Of a DNA stretch of 57,330 nucleotides, positions 39,100 to 47,669 are shown piece by piece. A program made the position numbers and the translations under genes. This DNA is from an uncultured Spirochaetales bacterium (GTDB lineage: Bacteria > Spirochaetota > Spirochaetia > SPDA01 > CAZSGZ01). The notes under the pieces were generated by a model. It saw only the letters and a list, made by a program, of their open reading frames with translations, had not been told where the DNA came from and searched no databases. The DNA lies in assembly GCA_964641125.1 (NCBI GenBank), contig CAZXMO010000007.1:3902-61231 (forward strand). The letters run 5' to 3'. Position 1 is the first letter of the stretch. Each line of letters starts with the position of its first letter.

Positions 39100-39168
39100 T
39101 CCTTTACGGAAATGCCCGAAATTGGGTGGGTCATTCTGCTTCTCTGCCCTCGAAAGTCCGGCATTCCA

Positions 39169-39197
39169 TTGCATCCGGAGGTTCTTTCCCCTATAAT
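39169..39197 (+). promoter_or_regulatory. Sigma-70-type promoter for gltA (TTGCAT-17-TATAAT)
   Basis: TTGCAT at 39169-74, a 17-nt spacer, and TATAAT at 39192-97, about 80 nt upstream of the gltA start. Confidence 0.65.
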
Positions 39198-39277
39198 AGG
39201 CAGAAACCCGGTATTTCCCTGTCTAAACGCCGCGGTAACATTGGAAACACTTAAAAAAACTATATGAGGAGATGAAG

Positions 39278-40684
39278 ATGGAGAAATTTTCTTCCGACGA
39301 TGTACAGGCAATTTCCGATATCGTCTTACAGGCAAAGTCCGAAGCGTACAAGGAAACCGAATTCGAGCCGGAACCCGAGCTGACCAAAAAGCAGGAGTGG
39401 CCGGTTCAGTGCACCGTCGGCCCGGGCCTCGAAGGAGCCATAGCCTGCGAGACCAAGATAGGATACGTCAACGGCACCAAGGGATGGCTCATCTATCGGG
39501 GATACGACATCTTTGATCTCTGCGCGCACTCGAGCTTCGAGGAGGTTTCTTATCTTCTTCTCCACGGGAAGCTCCCCAAGGCGAACCAGCTCCAAGATTA
39601 TAAAGCCAAGCTTGCCGAATACCGCTACCTGACCGAGACAAACCGCTCGCTGATGAGCTTTCCCGTTCAGGACATGAGTCCCATGGCGGCACTCCGTCTC
39701 GGGACACTTCTCATGAGGCAGAAGCAGACCTTCCGGGACAAGGACGTGGCTACCCCTAAGACCGCGTCCATCGCCGCGGACGAGGACTCCATTCCCATGG
39801 AGACAAAGCCCATCGGGTATCAGCACGCGATATACGAGTTCCGCAAGAAGCAGTATAAGAAGCCGGCCAAGGAACCCAAGAAGGTACGCAGCGCCGAGGG
39901 CGTGGAGAGCTGTTATAGATTGATAGCGGGGGTTTCGACCATCGCCGCATCCATAGCGCGGCTTCGGGCCGGACATCTCCCCATCGAGCCGGACCCGGAG
40001 CTCGGCCACGCGGCGAATCTGCTGTACATGATCACCGGCAGGCGGCCCACCCCCGTGGAGGAACGGATCATGGATATATGCCTCATCCTCCACGCCGATC
40101 ACGGCATGAACGCGAGTACCTTCGCGGCGATGGTGGTGGCATCTACTCTGTCGGATATCTACTTTTCCATCGGCTCGGGTATCGCTGCCCTGAACGGACC
40201 CCTGCATGGCGGGGCCAACGAGCAAGTCATGCGGATGCTCGAAGGGCTCGGCTCCGAAGAGAACCTCGACGCCTGGTTCGAGTCCCAATTGGCATCGAAA
40301 TCCAAGATCAACGGCTTCGGACACCGGGTGTACAAGGCTTACGATCCCCGGGCCCGGGTTTTGGCCCCCCTAGCGGAAATACTCGTCAAGCAGCACCCCG
40401 AAATGCGCGAGCTCTTCAAGGTGGCGGCGAGCCTCGAGACAAAAGTCTTGGACACCCTGGGCAAGGAAAAGAAGATCTTCCCCAACGTGGATTACTATTC
40501 GGGATTCGTCTATAAATCTTTGGGTATTCCCATCGATTTCTTTACCCCCATGTTCGCGGTAGCCCGTGTCGCCGGATGGACCGCCCGGGTCCTCGAGTAC
40601 CTCAAGCAAAACCGTATCTTCCGCCCCCGGGCCATCTATACCGGGAAGTTCGGGAACGAATACAAGCCACTTGATGAACGTTAA
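39278..40684 (+). CDS. gltA: Citrate synthase
   Basis: Active-site region GFGHRVYKAYDPRA plus HADHG. The start ATG at 39278 sits 6 nt after the GAGGAG RBS. The track ORF starts two codons earlier, at 39272. Confidence 0.9.
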   Translation: MEKFSSDDVQAISDIVLQAKSEAYKETEFEPEPELTKKQEWPVQCTVGPGLEGAIACETKIGYVNGTKGWLIYRGYDIFDLCAHSSFEEVSYLLLHGKLPKANQLQDYKAKLAEYRYLTETNRSLMSFPVQDMSPMAALRLGTLLMRQKQTFRDKDVATPKTASIAADEDSIPMETKPIGYQHAIYEFRKKQYKKPAKEPKKVRSAEGVESCYRLIAGVSTIAASIARLRAGHLPIEPDPELGHAANLLYMITGRRPTPVEERIMDICLILHADHGMNASTFAAMVVASTLSDIYFSIGSGIAALNGPLHGGANEQVMRMLEGLGSEENLDAWFESQLASKSKINGFGHRVYKAYDPRARVLAPLAEILVKQHPEMRELFKVAASLETKVLDTLGKEKKIFPNVDYYSGFVYKSLGIPIDFFTPMFAVARVAGWTARVLEYLKQNRIFRPRAIYTGKFGNEYKPLDER

Positions 40685-40719
40685 TGGGTTTGAGTATATT
40701 CCCCCGAAGGAGGAGAGAA

Positions 40720-41181
40720 ATGTCCGATAGATATGAGCATACCCGCCGCCCCACAGCCGTCTCCGGCGAAGCTGCCGGGGTCCGCACGATTATGCGGAAC
40801 GTCTAAATATGGATGACCGTGGGCCTCGCTCTGACAGGGGTGGTGGCATACGCGGTCAGCAACAACACGGCCTTTGTCCGGACCCTTATCCAGAATCAGA
40901 TGCTCTTCTTCGTGCTCTTTATCGCGGAGATAGGGCTGGTCATATACCTGTCGGCCCGGATCATGAAGATGAGCCCGGCGGCGGCTACCTTGAGCTTCGC
41001 GGTGTTTCTGGGTCTTACCGCCTACGATACCCAACGGATAAAAAGGATGAGCGACGAGATGAGCGGCCAGGTGGGGGAGGTAATGTATTTGAAGCTCTCC
41101 ATTATAGGGGCCCTCAAGCTCTACCTGGATTCCATCAATCTGTTCTTGTTCTTTCTGCGTATTTTCGGCCGGAGGAATTAA
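40720..41181 (+). pseudogene. Bax-inhibitor-1/YccA-family membrane protein, disrupted (in-frame TAA at 40804-40806 and apparent internal deletion)
   Basis: An AGGAGG RBS is followed by MSDRYEHTRRPTAVSGEAAGVRTIMRNV, then TAA, then IWMTVGLALTGVVAY in the same frame. The C-terminus TAYDTQRIK...GALKLYLDSINLFLFFLRIFG matches the family's last helix. The product is only about 152 aa against 210-240 aa for the family, with 4 predicted TMs instead of 7. Confidence 0.55.
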
Positions 41182-41345
41182 GCCTGTTCGACAAAATACG
41201 GACACACGTAGACAACGATCTCGAAGCAGCCTCCGTTCACCGACTCGTGATCATGGAGGGAATCGGTAAAGCGTTTCTTCAAGGGACAGCGGTCTACCTT
41301 CCGGCACAGGGGGCAGGCGCCGGTTTCGCGGGGACTGAAGATCAC
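41178..41345 (-). CDS. Candidate small Cys-rich protein (55 aa; CxxC-x5-C ... C ... C), below the 60-aa ORF-track cutoff
   Basis: GTG start 3 nt after the rpiB stop. The sequence VIFSPRETGACPLCRKVDRCPLKKRF...GGCFEIVVYVCPYFVEQA has GC3-rich, coding-like codon usage. I recognise no family. Confidence 0.3.
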   Translation of the reverse strand: MIFSPRETGACPLCRKVDRCPLKKRFTDSLHDHESVNGGCFEIVVYVCPYFVEQA

Positions 41346-41347
41346 CT

Positions 41348-41800
41348 TCACGATTCCGAATCCTCGAGCTTCATGATTTTATCCACTCTGCGCTGATGCC
41401 GATCCTCTCCCTCGAAACGGGAGGTAATAAATGTCTTGACGATCTCTTCGGGGGGTGCCGGAAACTCCAACCTGCCCCCGAGGGCGATAAAGTTGGCGTT
41501 ATTATGGGCCCGGGCCTTTTCCGCGGTAAAGAGGTCGTGTACGAGGGCGCACCGGATGCCGCGGATCTTATTGGCGGATATGGAAATACCGATCCCGGTC
41601 CCGCAGCTCAAGATACCGAACTCGTACCCACCCTTCTTGAACTCGGCGCAGGTGACCTCCGCCATATCGGGATAATCCACGGCGTCTTCGCTGTCGATTC
41701 CCATGTTCACTACCTCATAGCTTTCATCTTCCAAGAACTTGACGAGTCTGCGCTTGAGGTCCACCGCACCGTGATCATTACCGATTACTACCTTTTTCAT
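41348..41800 (-). CDS. rpiB: Ribose-5-phosphate isomerase B
   Basis: MKKVVIGNDHGAVDLK...GILSCGTGIGISISANK is the RpiB/LacAB signature. Confidence 0.9.
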   Translation of the reverse strand: MKKVVIGNDHGAVDLKRRLVKFLEDESYEVVNMGIDSEDAVDYPDMAEVTCAEFKKGGYEFGILSCGTGIGISISANKIRGIRCALVHDLFTAEKARAHNNANFIALGGRLEFPAPPEEIVKTFITSRFEGEDRHQRRVDKIMKLEDSES

Positions 41801-41901
41801 GCCTTCTCATTGTACGGTTTTCCCGCGGCAGTATCAACCGAGGAAACGCTCTCCGGAGCCTTGTTCTTGTGTACTTTTTTGTTTTATGCTGGTTCCTAAT
41901 T

Positions 41902-43404
41902 ATGAAGCAGGGTTATCTCTTGAGCCTCGATCAGGGTACCACCAGCTCCAGGGCCATAATTTTCAGCACCGACGGAATGCTCGTAGCCGGTTCCCAGGAG
42001 GAATTCCGCCAGATCTTTCCCCGCCCCGGCTGGGTAGAGCACGATCCCGGAGAAATCTGGGCGAGCCAATACCGGGTTATGCAGGAGGCGGTTCGGAAAG
42101 CGGGCATCGATCCGAAAGAAATCCGGGCGGTAGGAATCGCCAACCAGCGGGAGACGGTGGTAGCTTGGGACCGGGATACCGGTAAATGTCTGAACAACGC
42201 GATAGTATGGCAGTGCCGGAGGACCGAGCCGATGTGCGTCGAGCTGAGGCGTGATCCCGATCTCGTCCGGAAAATACGGGAACACACCGGCTTAGTTCTC
42301 GACCCCTATTTCTCGGCCACTAAGATGAGGTGGCTCCTGGATAACTCCGTTCAGGTAAAGGACGCCGCCGAACGGGGCACCCTGGCCCTGGGAACGGTGG
42401 ATTCATGGCTTTTGTGGAACCTGACCCGCGGGCGGAGCTTCGCCACCGACGTCACCAACGCCTCGAGGACGATGCTCTTCAATATAACCACCGGGACCTG
42501 GGACGCGGAGCTCTGCGAGCGGTTCGGTATAAATCCGGCGTATCTTCCGGATGTCTTGAACTCTTCCGCCTTCTTCGGAGAGCTCGATGAGGTTTTTTTC
42601 GGCCACCGGGGGATTCCGGTAACCGGTATCGCCGGGGACCAGCAGGCGGCCCTCTTCGGGCAGGCCTGTTTTACCCGGGGGATGGTGAAGAACACCTACG
42701 GAACCGGGTGTTTTATCGTCATCAACACCGGCGAGGAGATGACCCCCGCGCCGAAGGGGCTGGTTACAACGGTGGCCTGGAAGATAGGTCCTAAGCCTGT
42801 GTACGCCTTCGAGGGGAGTATTTTTTCCGCCGGCGCGGCCGTGCAGTGGCTCCGGGACGAGATGGGTCTTATCGAGACGGCGGGGGAGTCGGAAAAGATC
42901 GCGGCCTCGGTTCCCGATGCGGGGGGGCTCTACTTCGTTCCCGCCTTCGTCGGTCTGGGCTCACCCTACTGGGACGCCTCCGCCCGGGGAACCATGTTCG
43001 GAATCACCCGGGGTACCGGCAGGTCCCACGTGGTGCGGGCGGCCCTCGAGGCGATCGCCTACCAGACCCGGGATGTTATCGACGCCGCGGTGAAAGAAGG
43101 CAGTGTTATCGTCGAGGAGCTCCGCGCCGATGGGGGCGCTTCGGCCAATGATTTCTTGATGCAGTTCCAGGCGGACATCCTCAAGGCCCCGGTAGTCCGC
43201 CCCTTAGTAACCGAGACGACCGCCTTAGGAGCCGCTTTTTTGGCCGGCCTCGCCACGGAGGTCTATGGGGGTTTGGATGAGATTGCGGATCTCTGGAAGC
43301 GAAACAGGGAGTTTCGACCGCGGATGGATTCGGAGGACGCTGATCGGAGCTACGGGCTGTGGCGCCGGGCGGTGGAGAGGTCCTTGGAATGGGAAGAAAG
43401 ATGA
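41902..43404 (+). CDS. glpK: Glycerol kinase
   Basis: LDQGTTSSRAIIF...GWVEHDP...NAIVWQCRRT is near-identical in pattern to characterised GlpK. The track ORF start at 41869 is over-extended. Confidence 0.9.
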   Translation: MKQGYLLSLDQGTTSSRAIIFSTDGMLVAGSQEEFRQIFPRPGWVEHDPGEIWASQYRVMQEAVRKAGIDPKEIRAVGIANQRETVVAWDRDTGKCLNNAIVWQCRRTEPMCVELRRDPDLVRKIREHTGLVLDPYFSATKMRWLLDNSVQVKDAAERGTLALGTVDSWLLWNLTRGRSFATDVTNASRTMLFNITTGTWDAELCERFGINPAYLPDVLNSSAFFGELDEVFFGHRGIPVTGIAGDQQAALFGQACFTRGMVKNTYGTGCFIVINTGEEMTPAPKGLVTTVAWKIGPKPVYAFEGSIFSAGAAVQWLRDEMGLIETAGESEKIAASVPDAGGLYFVPAFVGLGSPYWDASARGTMFGITRGTGRSHVVRAALEAIAYQTRDVIDAAVKEGSVIVEELRADGGASANDFLMQFQADILKAPVVRPLVTETTALGAAFLAGLATEVYGGLDEIADLWKRNREFRPRMDSEDADRSYGLWRRAVERSLEWEER

Positions 43405-46400
43405 CGGCGAAAACTCCCGGTAAGGCGCGCTCTTTACCGGGGTTTTTATGGATTACAACGGTGGGTTCTCTCCCCGTCCTTGCCGTAATCGCGGTGGTCG
43501 CGTTCTTATTCTGCCGCATCCATTTACGGACCGGCAGGGATATAATCCTCAACAACGAGCTCCAGAACACCGCTTTAGAGACCAGGCTCCTCGAGAGGAG
43601 CTTCGTCAATGCCGTGGAGGACATCCTCTACATTTCCCGGCTCGGGGATCTCATCAACCTGAGGGGAGAACCCTTAGGTACCGAAAATGTCGGACGGATC
43701 GGACCGATCTACAGGTCGTTCATCGCGCGTAAGCTCGTGTACGAGAATATGAGAATCCTCGATTCCATGGGGAAGGAGCTCATCAGGGTAGAATACAACG
43801 ACGGAAGTCCCCGGATTGTTTCTCCGGGAGAGCTCGGGGATAAGAGCGGGCGATACTACTTCCAGAGCGCCCGAAATCTTAAAGAAGGGGATATCTACAT
43901 ATCTCCCCTCGATCGGACCTCGGGGCGCAACGGAGAAGGCGGTATTCCGGTTATACGCTTAGCGACCCCGGTCTTCTCGCGGGATGAGCTTTTCGGGATC
44001 GTCGTCCTCGATCTCCGGGGAGCGAATATCCTCGATGCGATCGCCGAGGCCCGGAATTACAGCTACGGCGAATTGCTCCTCGCGAACGAGGAGAGTTTCT
44101 GGCTCTTTTCCGGCGGTGATAATCCCTCTTGGGAGTTCGTCCGGGAAGAGGAGATACTCGAAGAGCTCCCCGAGGGGGTTTGGGAAACGATTTGGGACCT
44201 CGGTGAGGGGTACCGGTATACCGGGGGAAACCTCACGGTAGTCCGGACCGTCTTTCCTCTCGTTACGGCGGAGCGGGAGTACCTGCGCAGGGGCGTCGAA
44301 GCGGACTTCTCGAGTACTTTCCAGGGATATCGCTACATGATCAAGCTCGTTTCCTTCGTTCCCGAGGATGTCTTCCGAGACCGGAATCGGCCCTTTAGAA
44401 CCAGGACACTGATAACGGCGTCGGCAATAGCGGTACTCGGGTTCTTTCTTATCTTTCTCCTCGTCTGGATGCGTTCGAAGAGAATAGCGGCGGAGAAAGA
44501 CGTCCTCGAGCAGGCGGGGATATTCCGGCTCAATCCGGCTCCCGTAATCAAAACCGACCGGGCGGGAAGAATTCTCAGCACAAACCCCGCCGCGGTCAGG
44601 ACCATTCCCGAGGATCTCCTCGGGAAACCGGTGGAGGATATTCTCCACGGATACGGAGAAGCTGAGCAGGAGGATTTGATTCGCCGCGGATATACGCAGT
44701 TCGAGGATGTCCGGCTGGGGAGGACCCACCTCTACACGGGTATTATGGAGGCCTCGGGCGCGGCGATGTTCTTCTACGGGACCGATATATCGGGCAGTAA
44801 AAAGGCGGAGAGAGAGCTGATCCTCCTCTCCTATGCCGTTGAGCAGAGCGCGAATACCATCGTGATAACCGGTCCGGACGGATCCATCGTCTTTGCCAAC
44901 AAAGCCTTCACCCGTACCACCGGGTACACCCTCGACGAAGCCTTGGGAGAGAACCCGAGGATCCTAAAGAGCGGGCATCAGCCCGATGAGTACTACGCGG
45001 ACCTGTGGACGACCATAACCGGCGGGCGGGTGTGGCACGGGGAGTTCCATAACCGGAGGAAGGACGGCTCTACCTATTGGGAAGAGGCGGTTATTTCCCC
45101 GATCAAGGACGAGTCGGGAAGGATTATCAACTATCTCGCGGTCAAAGAGGACATAACCCAGCGGCGGCGGGCCGAGGAGGAGCTGAGGAAGGCAAAGGAA
45201 GAGGCCGAAGCCGCCAACCGGATGAAGAGCGAGTTCCTGGCCAATATGTCCCACGAAATCCGTACCCCCATGAACGCGATCCTCGGCTTTACCGAGCTCC
45301 TCTTAGAGGAGGAGTCCACTGCCGAGAAAAGTGAGAAACTCGACATCATCAAGAAGTCGGGGAAAAATCTTCTCAATCTTCTCAACGATATCTTGGACTT
45401 TTCCAAGATCGAGGCGGGAAAGCTCAAGATCGAGCCGGGTTACTTCAGCTTGCGGAAGGCTTTGGAGCATGTCGTGTCCATGTACGAGCCGGTGGCCGGG
45501 GAAAAGAACCTCACCTTTCACTCCATACTCGACGGCGATCTTCCCGGAGTTGTCTACGGGGACGAGCTGAGACTCTCTCAGATAATCATCAACATCGTGA
45601 GCAACGCGGTCAAGTTTACCGAAAGCGGCGGAGTGACCCTTCGATGCAGCTATGTCCGGCCCGAAGCAATTATTACCGTCGCCGACACGGGCATAGGGAT
45701 ATCCGAGGAAAAGCTGTCTTCGATTTTTTCCCCCTTCGAGCAGGCCGACAGCTCCACCGAACGCAAGTACGGGGGTACCGGCCTGGGATTGGCCGTTTCC
45801 AAGCGTCTCGCCGAGATGATGGGGGGACGCATCCATGTTCAGAGCACTCCCGGAGAGGGCTCGGTCTTTACTCTGACCGTGGATTTGCCGCCGATGGGAA
45901 CCGAAGGAGGGGATGCGGGGGAAAATGCGGGAGGCCCCGACGGGGAAGCCACGGTACGGAGGTGGTTCGATTCCCTCGAGGGGGACCGTGAGCTCGAGGC
46001 TATCCTCGAAGACAGCTTTTTGGAGCTCCGAGCCAAGACAGAGCGTCTCGAGGACGCCGTACTCAAGCGGCGGGCCGCGGACATCCGCTTTATTGCCCAC
46101 GATTTCAAGGGTTTCTCCGGGAATCTGAATATGACCGAGATTTACACCCAGGTTGCCGCCGTCGAAAAGGAGGCCCGGTCCGCATCCCCCGATTACGAGG
46201 CGATCGCACACCGTAGTGAAATAGTGCGCGGTATCGTCTCTTCGATTCCCGACAGATACTTTGCCGAACGGAAGCGGGGTTTCTTCGATATTGGAAAGAT
46301 AAATCCCGATTTCTCCATTCTCCTTGCTGAAGACAATCAGCTCAATCAGAAACTTATCCTTACCTATTTGAATGGGATAAATCTGACCGCGACGGTCGTG

Positions 46401-46940
46401 GAAAACGGACAACGCGCTCTAGAGGAACTGAAACGGGGTGATTACGATCTTCTCCTCCTGGATATGCAGATGCCGGTGATGGACGGTGAAGAAACCATTC
46501 AAACGATCCGGAATGATCCCGAGCTCGAAAACCTCTATGTTATCGCCATCACCGCCCACGCCATGAAGGGGGATGCGGAAAGATACATCAATATGGGATG
46601 CGACGACTACCTTGCAAAGCCCGTCGACAGGAAGGTTTTGTTCGAAAAAATACGCCGGAGGATGCGGGACCTAGAGCGGGAAGAGGCGGAGCCCCGCGAT
46701 CCGGTCCTCGAGCGCAGGGATCTTGCCGTGGCCTTGAACTATCTCAAGGAAAGCCGGTCGATCTTCGATCCCCGGAAACTCGAAACCGTAGCGGAGCTCC
46801 TGCGCATCCGGTTTTCCGATCCCGAGCTCAAGGAGATTGCCCGAAGGATCGAGCACGCCGCCGGCGTCTTCGACGATCGCGGGGTGGATGAGCTGATCGA
46901 TCGGCTCGAGGATTATGCGCGAAAATTAGAAGAAGAATGA
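43401..46940 (+). CDS. Hybrid sensor histidine kinase: periplasmic (Cache-like) sensor, PAS, HisKA, HATPase, Hpt and REC
   Basis: H-box MSHEIRTPMNAI. N/G boxes (NAVKFT..., GGTGLGLAVSKRL). Hpt-like AHDFKGFSGNL. REC domain LLAEDNQ...DLLLLDMQMPVMDG. The ATG at 43401 overlaps the glpK stop (ATGA). Confidence 0.85.
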   Translation: MTAKTPGKARSLPGFLWITTVGSLPVLAVIAVVAFLFCRIHLRTGRDIILNNELQNTALETRLLERSFVNAVEDILYISRLGDLINLRGEPLGTENVGRIGPIYRSFIARKLVYENMRILDSMGKELIRVEYNDGSPRIVSPGELGDKSGRYYFQSARNLKEGDIYISPLDRTSGRNGEGGIPVIRLATPVFSRDELFGIVVLDLRGANILDAIAEARNYSYGELLLANEESFWLFSGGDNPSWEFVREEEILEELPEGVWETIWDLGEGYRYTGGNLTVVRTVFPLVTAEREYLRRGVEADFSSTFQGYRYMIKLVSFVPEDVFRDRNRPFRTRTLITASAIAVLGFFLIFLLVWMRSKRIAAEKDVLEQAGIFRLNPAPVIKTDRAGRILSTNPAAVRTIPEDLLGKPVEDILHGYGEAEQEDLIRRGYTQFEDVRLGRTHLYTGIMEASGAAMFFYGTDISGSKKAERELILLSYAVEQSANTIVITGPDGSIVFANKAFTRTTGYTLDEALGENPRILKSGHQPDEYYADLWTTITGGRVWHGEFHNRRKDGSTYWEEAVISPIKDESGRIINYLAVKEDITQRRRAEEELRKAKEEAEAANRMKSEFLANMSHEIRTPMNAILGFTELLLEEESTAEKSEKLDIIKKSGKNLLNLLNDILDFSKIEAGKLKIEPGYFSLRKALEHVVSMYEPVAGEKNLTFHSILDGDLPGVVYGDELRLSQIIINIVSNAVKFTESGGVTLRCSYVRPEAIITVADTGIGISEEKLSSIFSPFEQADSSTERKYGGTGLGLAVSKRLAEMMGGRIHVQSTPGEGSVFTLTVDLPPMGTEGGDAGENAGGPDGEATVRRWFDSLEGDRELEAILEDSFLELRAKTERLEDAVLKRRAADIRFIAHDFKGFSGNLNMTEIYTQVAAVEKEARSASPDYEAIAHRSEIVRGIVSSIPDRYFAERKRGFFDIGKINPDFSILLAEDNQLNQKLILTYLNGINLTATVVENGQRALEELKRGDYDLLLLDMQMPVMDGEETIQTIRNDPELENLYVIAITAHAMKGDAERYINMGCDDYLAKPVDRKVLFEKIRRRMRDLEREEAEPRDPVLERRDLAVALNYLKESRSIFDPRKLETVAELLRIRFSDPELKEIARRIEHAAGVFDDRGVDELIDRLEDYARKLEEE

Positions 46941-46949
46941 GCTATTCAT

Positions 46950-46978
46950 TTGACCCCGCAGGGGCCAGTTAGTATAAT
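46950..46978 (+). promoter_or_regulatory. Sigma-70-type promoter for dfx-rub (TTGACC-17-TATAAT)
   Basis: TTGACC at 46950-55, a 17-nt spacer, and TATAAT at 46973-78. A strong RBS (AGGAAGGAGAGAGAAG) lies ahead of dfx. Confidence 0.7.
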
Positions 46979-47021
46979 TTTAGTATTGTACGTAATTTCA
47001 AGTCAGGAAGGAGAGAGAAGT

Positions 47022-47402
47022 ATGGCTAAACAGTTGGAAGTGTATAAATGCGAGCTCTGCGGGAATATCGTGGAGGTCGTGCACGGGGGTGACGGCGATC
47101 TGGTCTGCTGCGGTGAGAAGATGAAGCTCCTCGAGGAGAAGACGGCAGATAAATCCACCGAAAAGCACGTGCCGGTTATCGAAAAGATCGACACGGGATA
47201 CAAGGTGACCGTGGGAACCACCCTGCATCCGATGACCGACGAGCACTACATCGAATGGATCGAGCTTGTCGCCGACGGCAGGGCGTACCGCCGGTTCTTG
47301 AAACCCGGTGACGAGCCCTCCGCCGAATTCTGCGTAGAGGCGTCTTCGGTATACGCCCGGGAGTACTGCAACATACACAGTCTCTGGAAAGGGGATATGT
47401 AG
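47022..47402 (+). CDS. dfx: Desulfoferrodoxin (2Fe superoxide reductase)
   Basis: Desulforedoxin domain [25 protein letters not shown] plus SOR domain HVPVIEK...[14 protein letters not shown]...[10 protein letters not shown]. The track ORF start at 46950 is over-extended. Confidence 0.9.
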   Translation: MAKQLEVYKCELCGNIVEVVHGGDGDLVCCGEKMKLLEEKTADKSTEKHVPVIEKIDTGYKVTVGTTLHPMTDEHYIEWIELVADGRAYRRFLKPGDEPSAEFCVEASSVYAREYCNIHSLWKGDM

Positions 47403-47428
47403 CAATCCAAATTATAAGGAGTTAGAGT

Positions 47429-47587
47429 ATGAAGAAATATGTGTGCGATATCTGCGGTTACGTCTACGATCCCGCCGAGGGAGATCCCGACAACGGGGTA
47501 GAGCCGGGGACCGCCTTCGAAGACGTACCCGAAGACTGGGTCTGCCCGGTTTGCGGAGCCTCGAAAGACGATTTTTCGGAAGCGTAA
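47429..47587 (+). CDS. rub: Rubredoxin (52 aa), not in the ORF track because it is under 60 aa
   Basis: [49 protein letters not shown] has two CxxCG knuckles. An AAGGAG RBS precedes it. Confidence 0.9.
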   Translation: MKKYVCDICGYVYDPAEGDPDNGVEPGTAFEDVPEDWVCPVCGASKDDFSEA

Positions 47588-47612
47588 GCCCGAATCAAAC
47601 AATAATTATCGA

Positions 47613-47637
47613 CCGCCGCGTACCGCGGCGGTTTTTT
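47613..47637 (+). terminator. Rho-independent terminator after rub (CCGCCGCG-tac-CGCGGCGG + T6)
   Basis: Perfect 8-bp GC stem followed by TTTTTT. Shared with the convergent rlmKL gene. Confidence 0.8.
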
Positions 47638-47669
47638 GTCGGTGCGCCCGGCGAGCGGGCCGCTGTCTT

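Noticed and set aside
39326-40324. 332-aa minus-strand ORF antisense to gltA
   Set aside because: It is antisense to a citrate synthase with intact active-site motifs. GC-rich artefact.
45303-46412. 369-aa minus-strand ORF inside the hybrid kinase gene
   Set aside because: It is antisense to the HisKA/HATPase region and has no motifs.
46969-46987. TAGTAT-N5-TAGTAT direct repeat overlapping the dfx -10 region as a possible PerR/Fur box
   Set aside because: It is a direct, not inverted, repeat and does not match the 7-1-7 Fur/PerR architecture. It is probably just the AT-rich -10 context.
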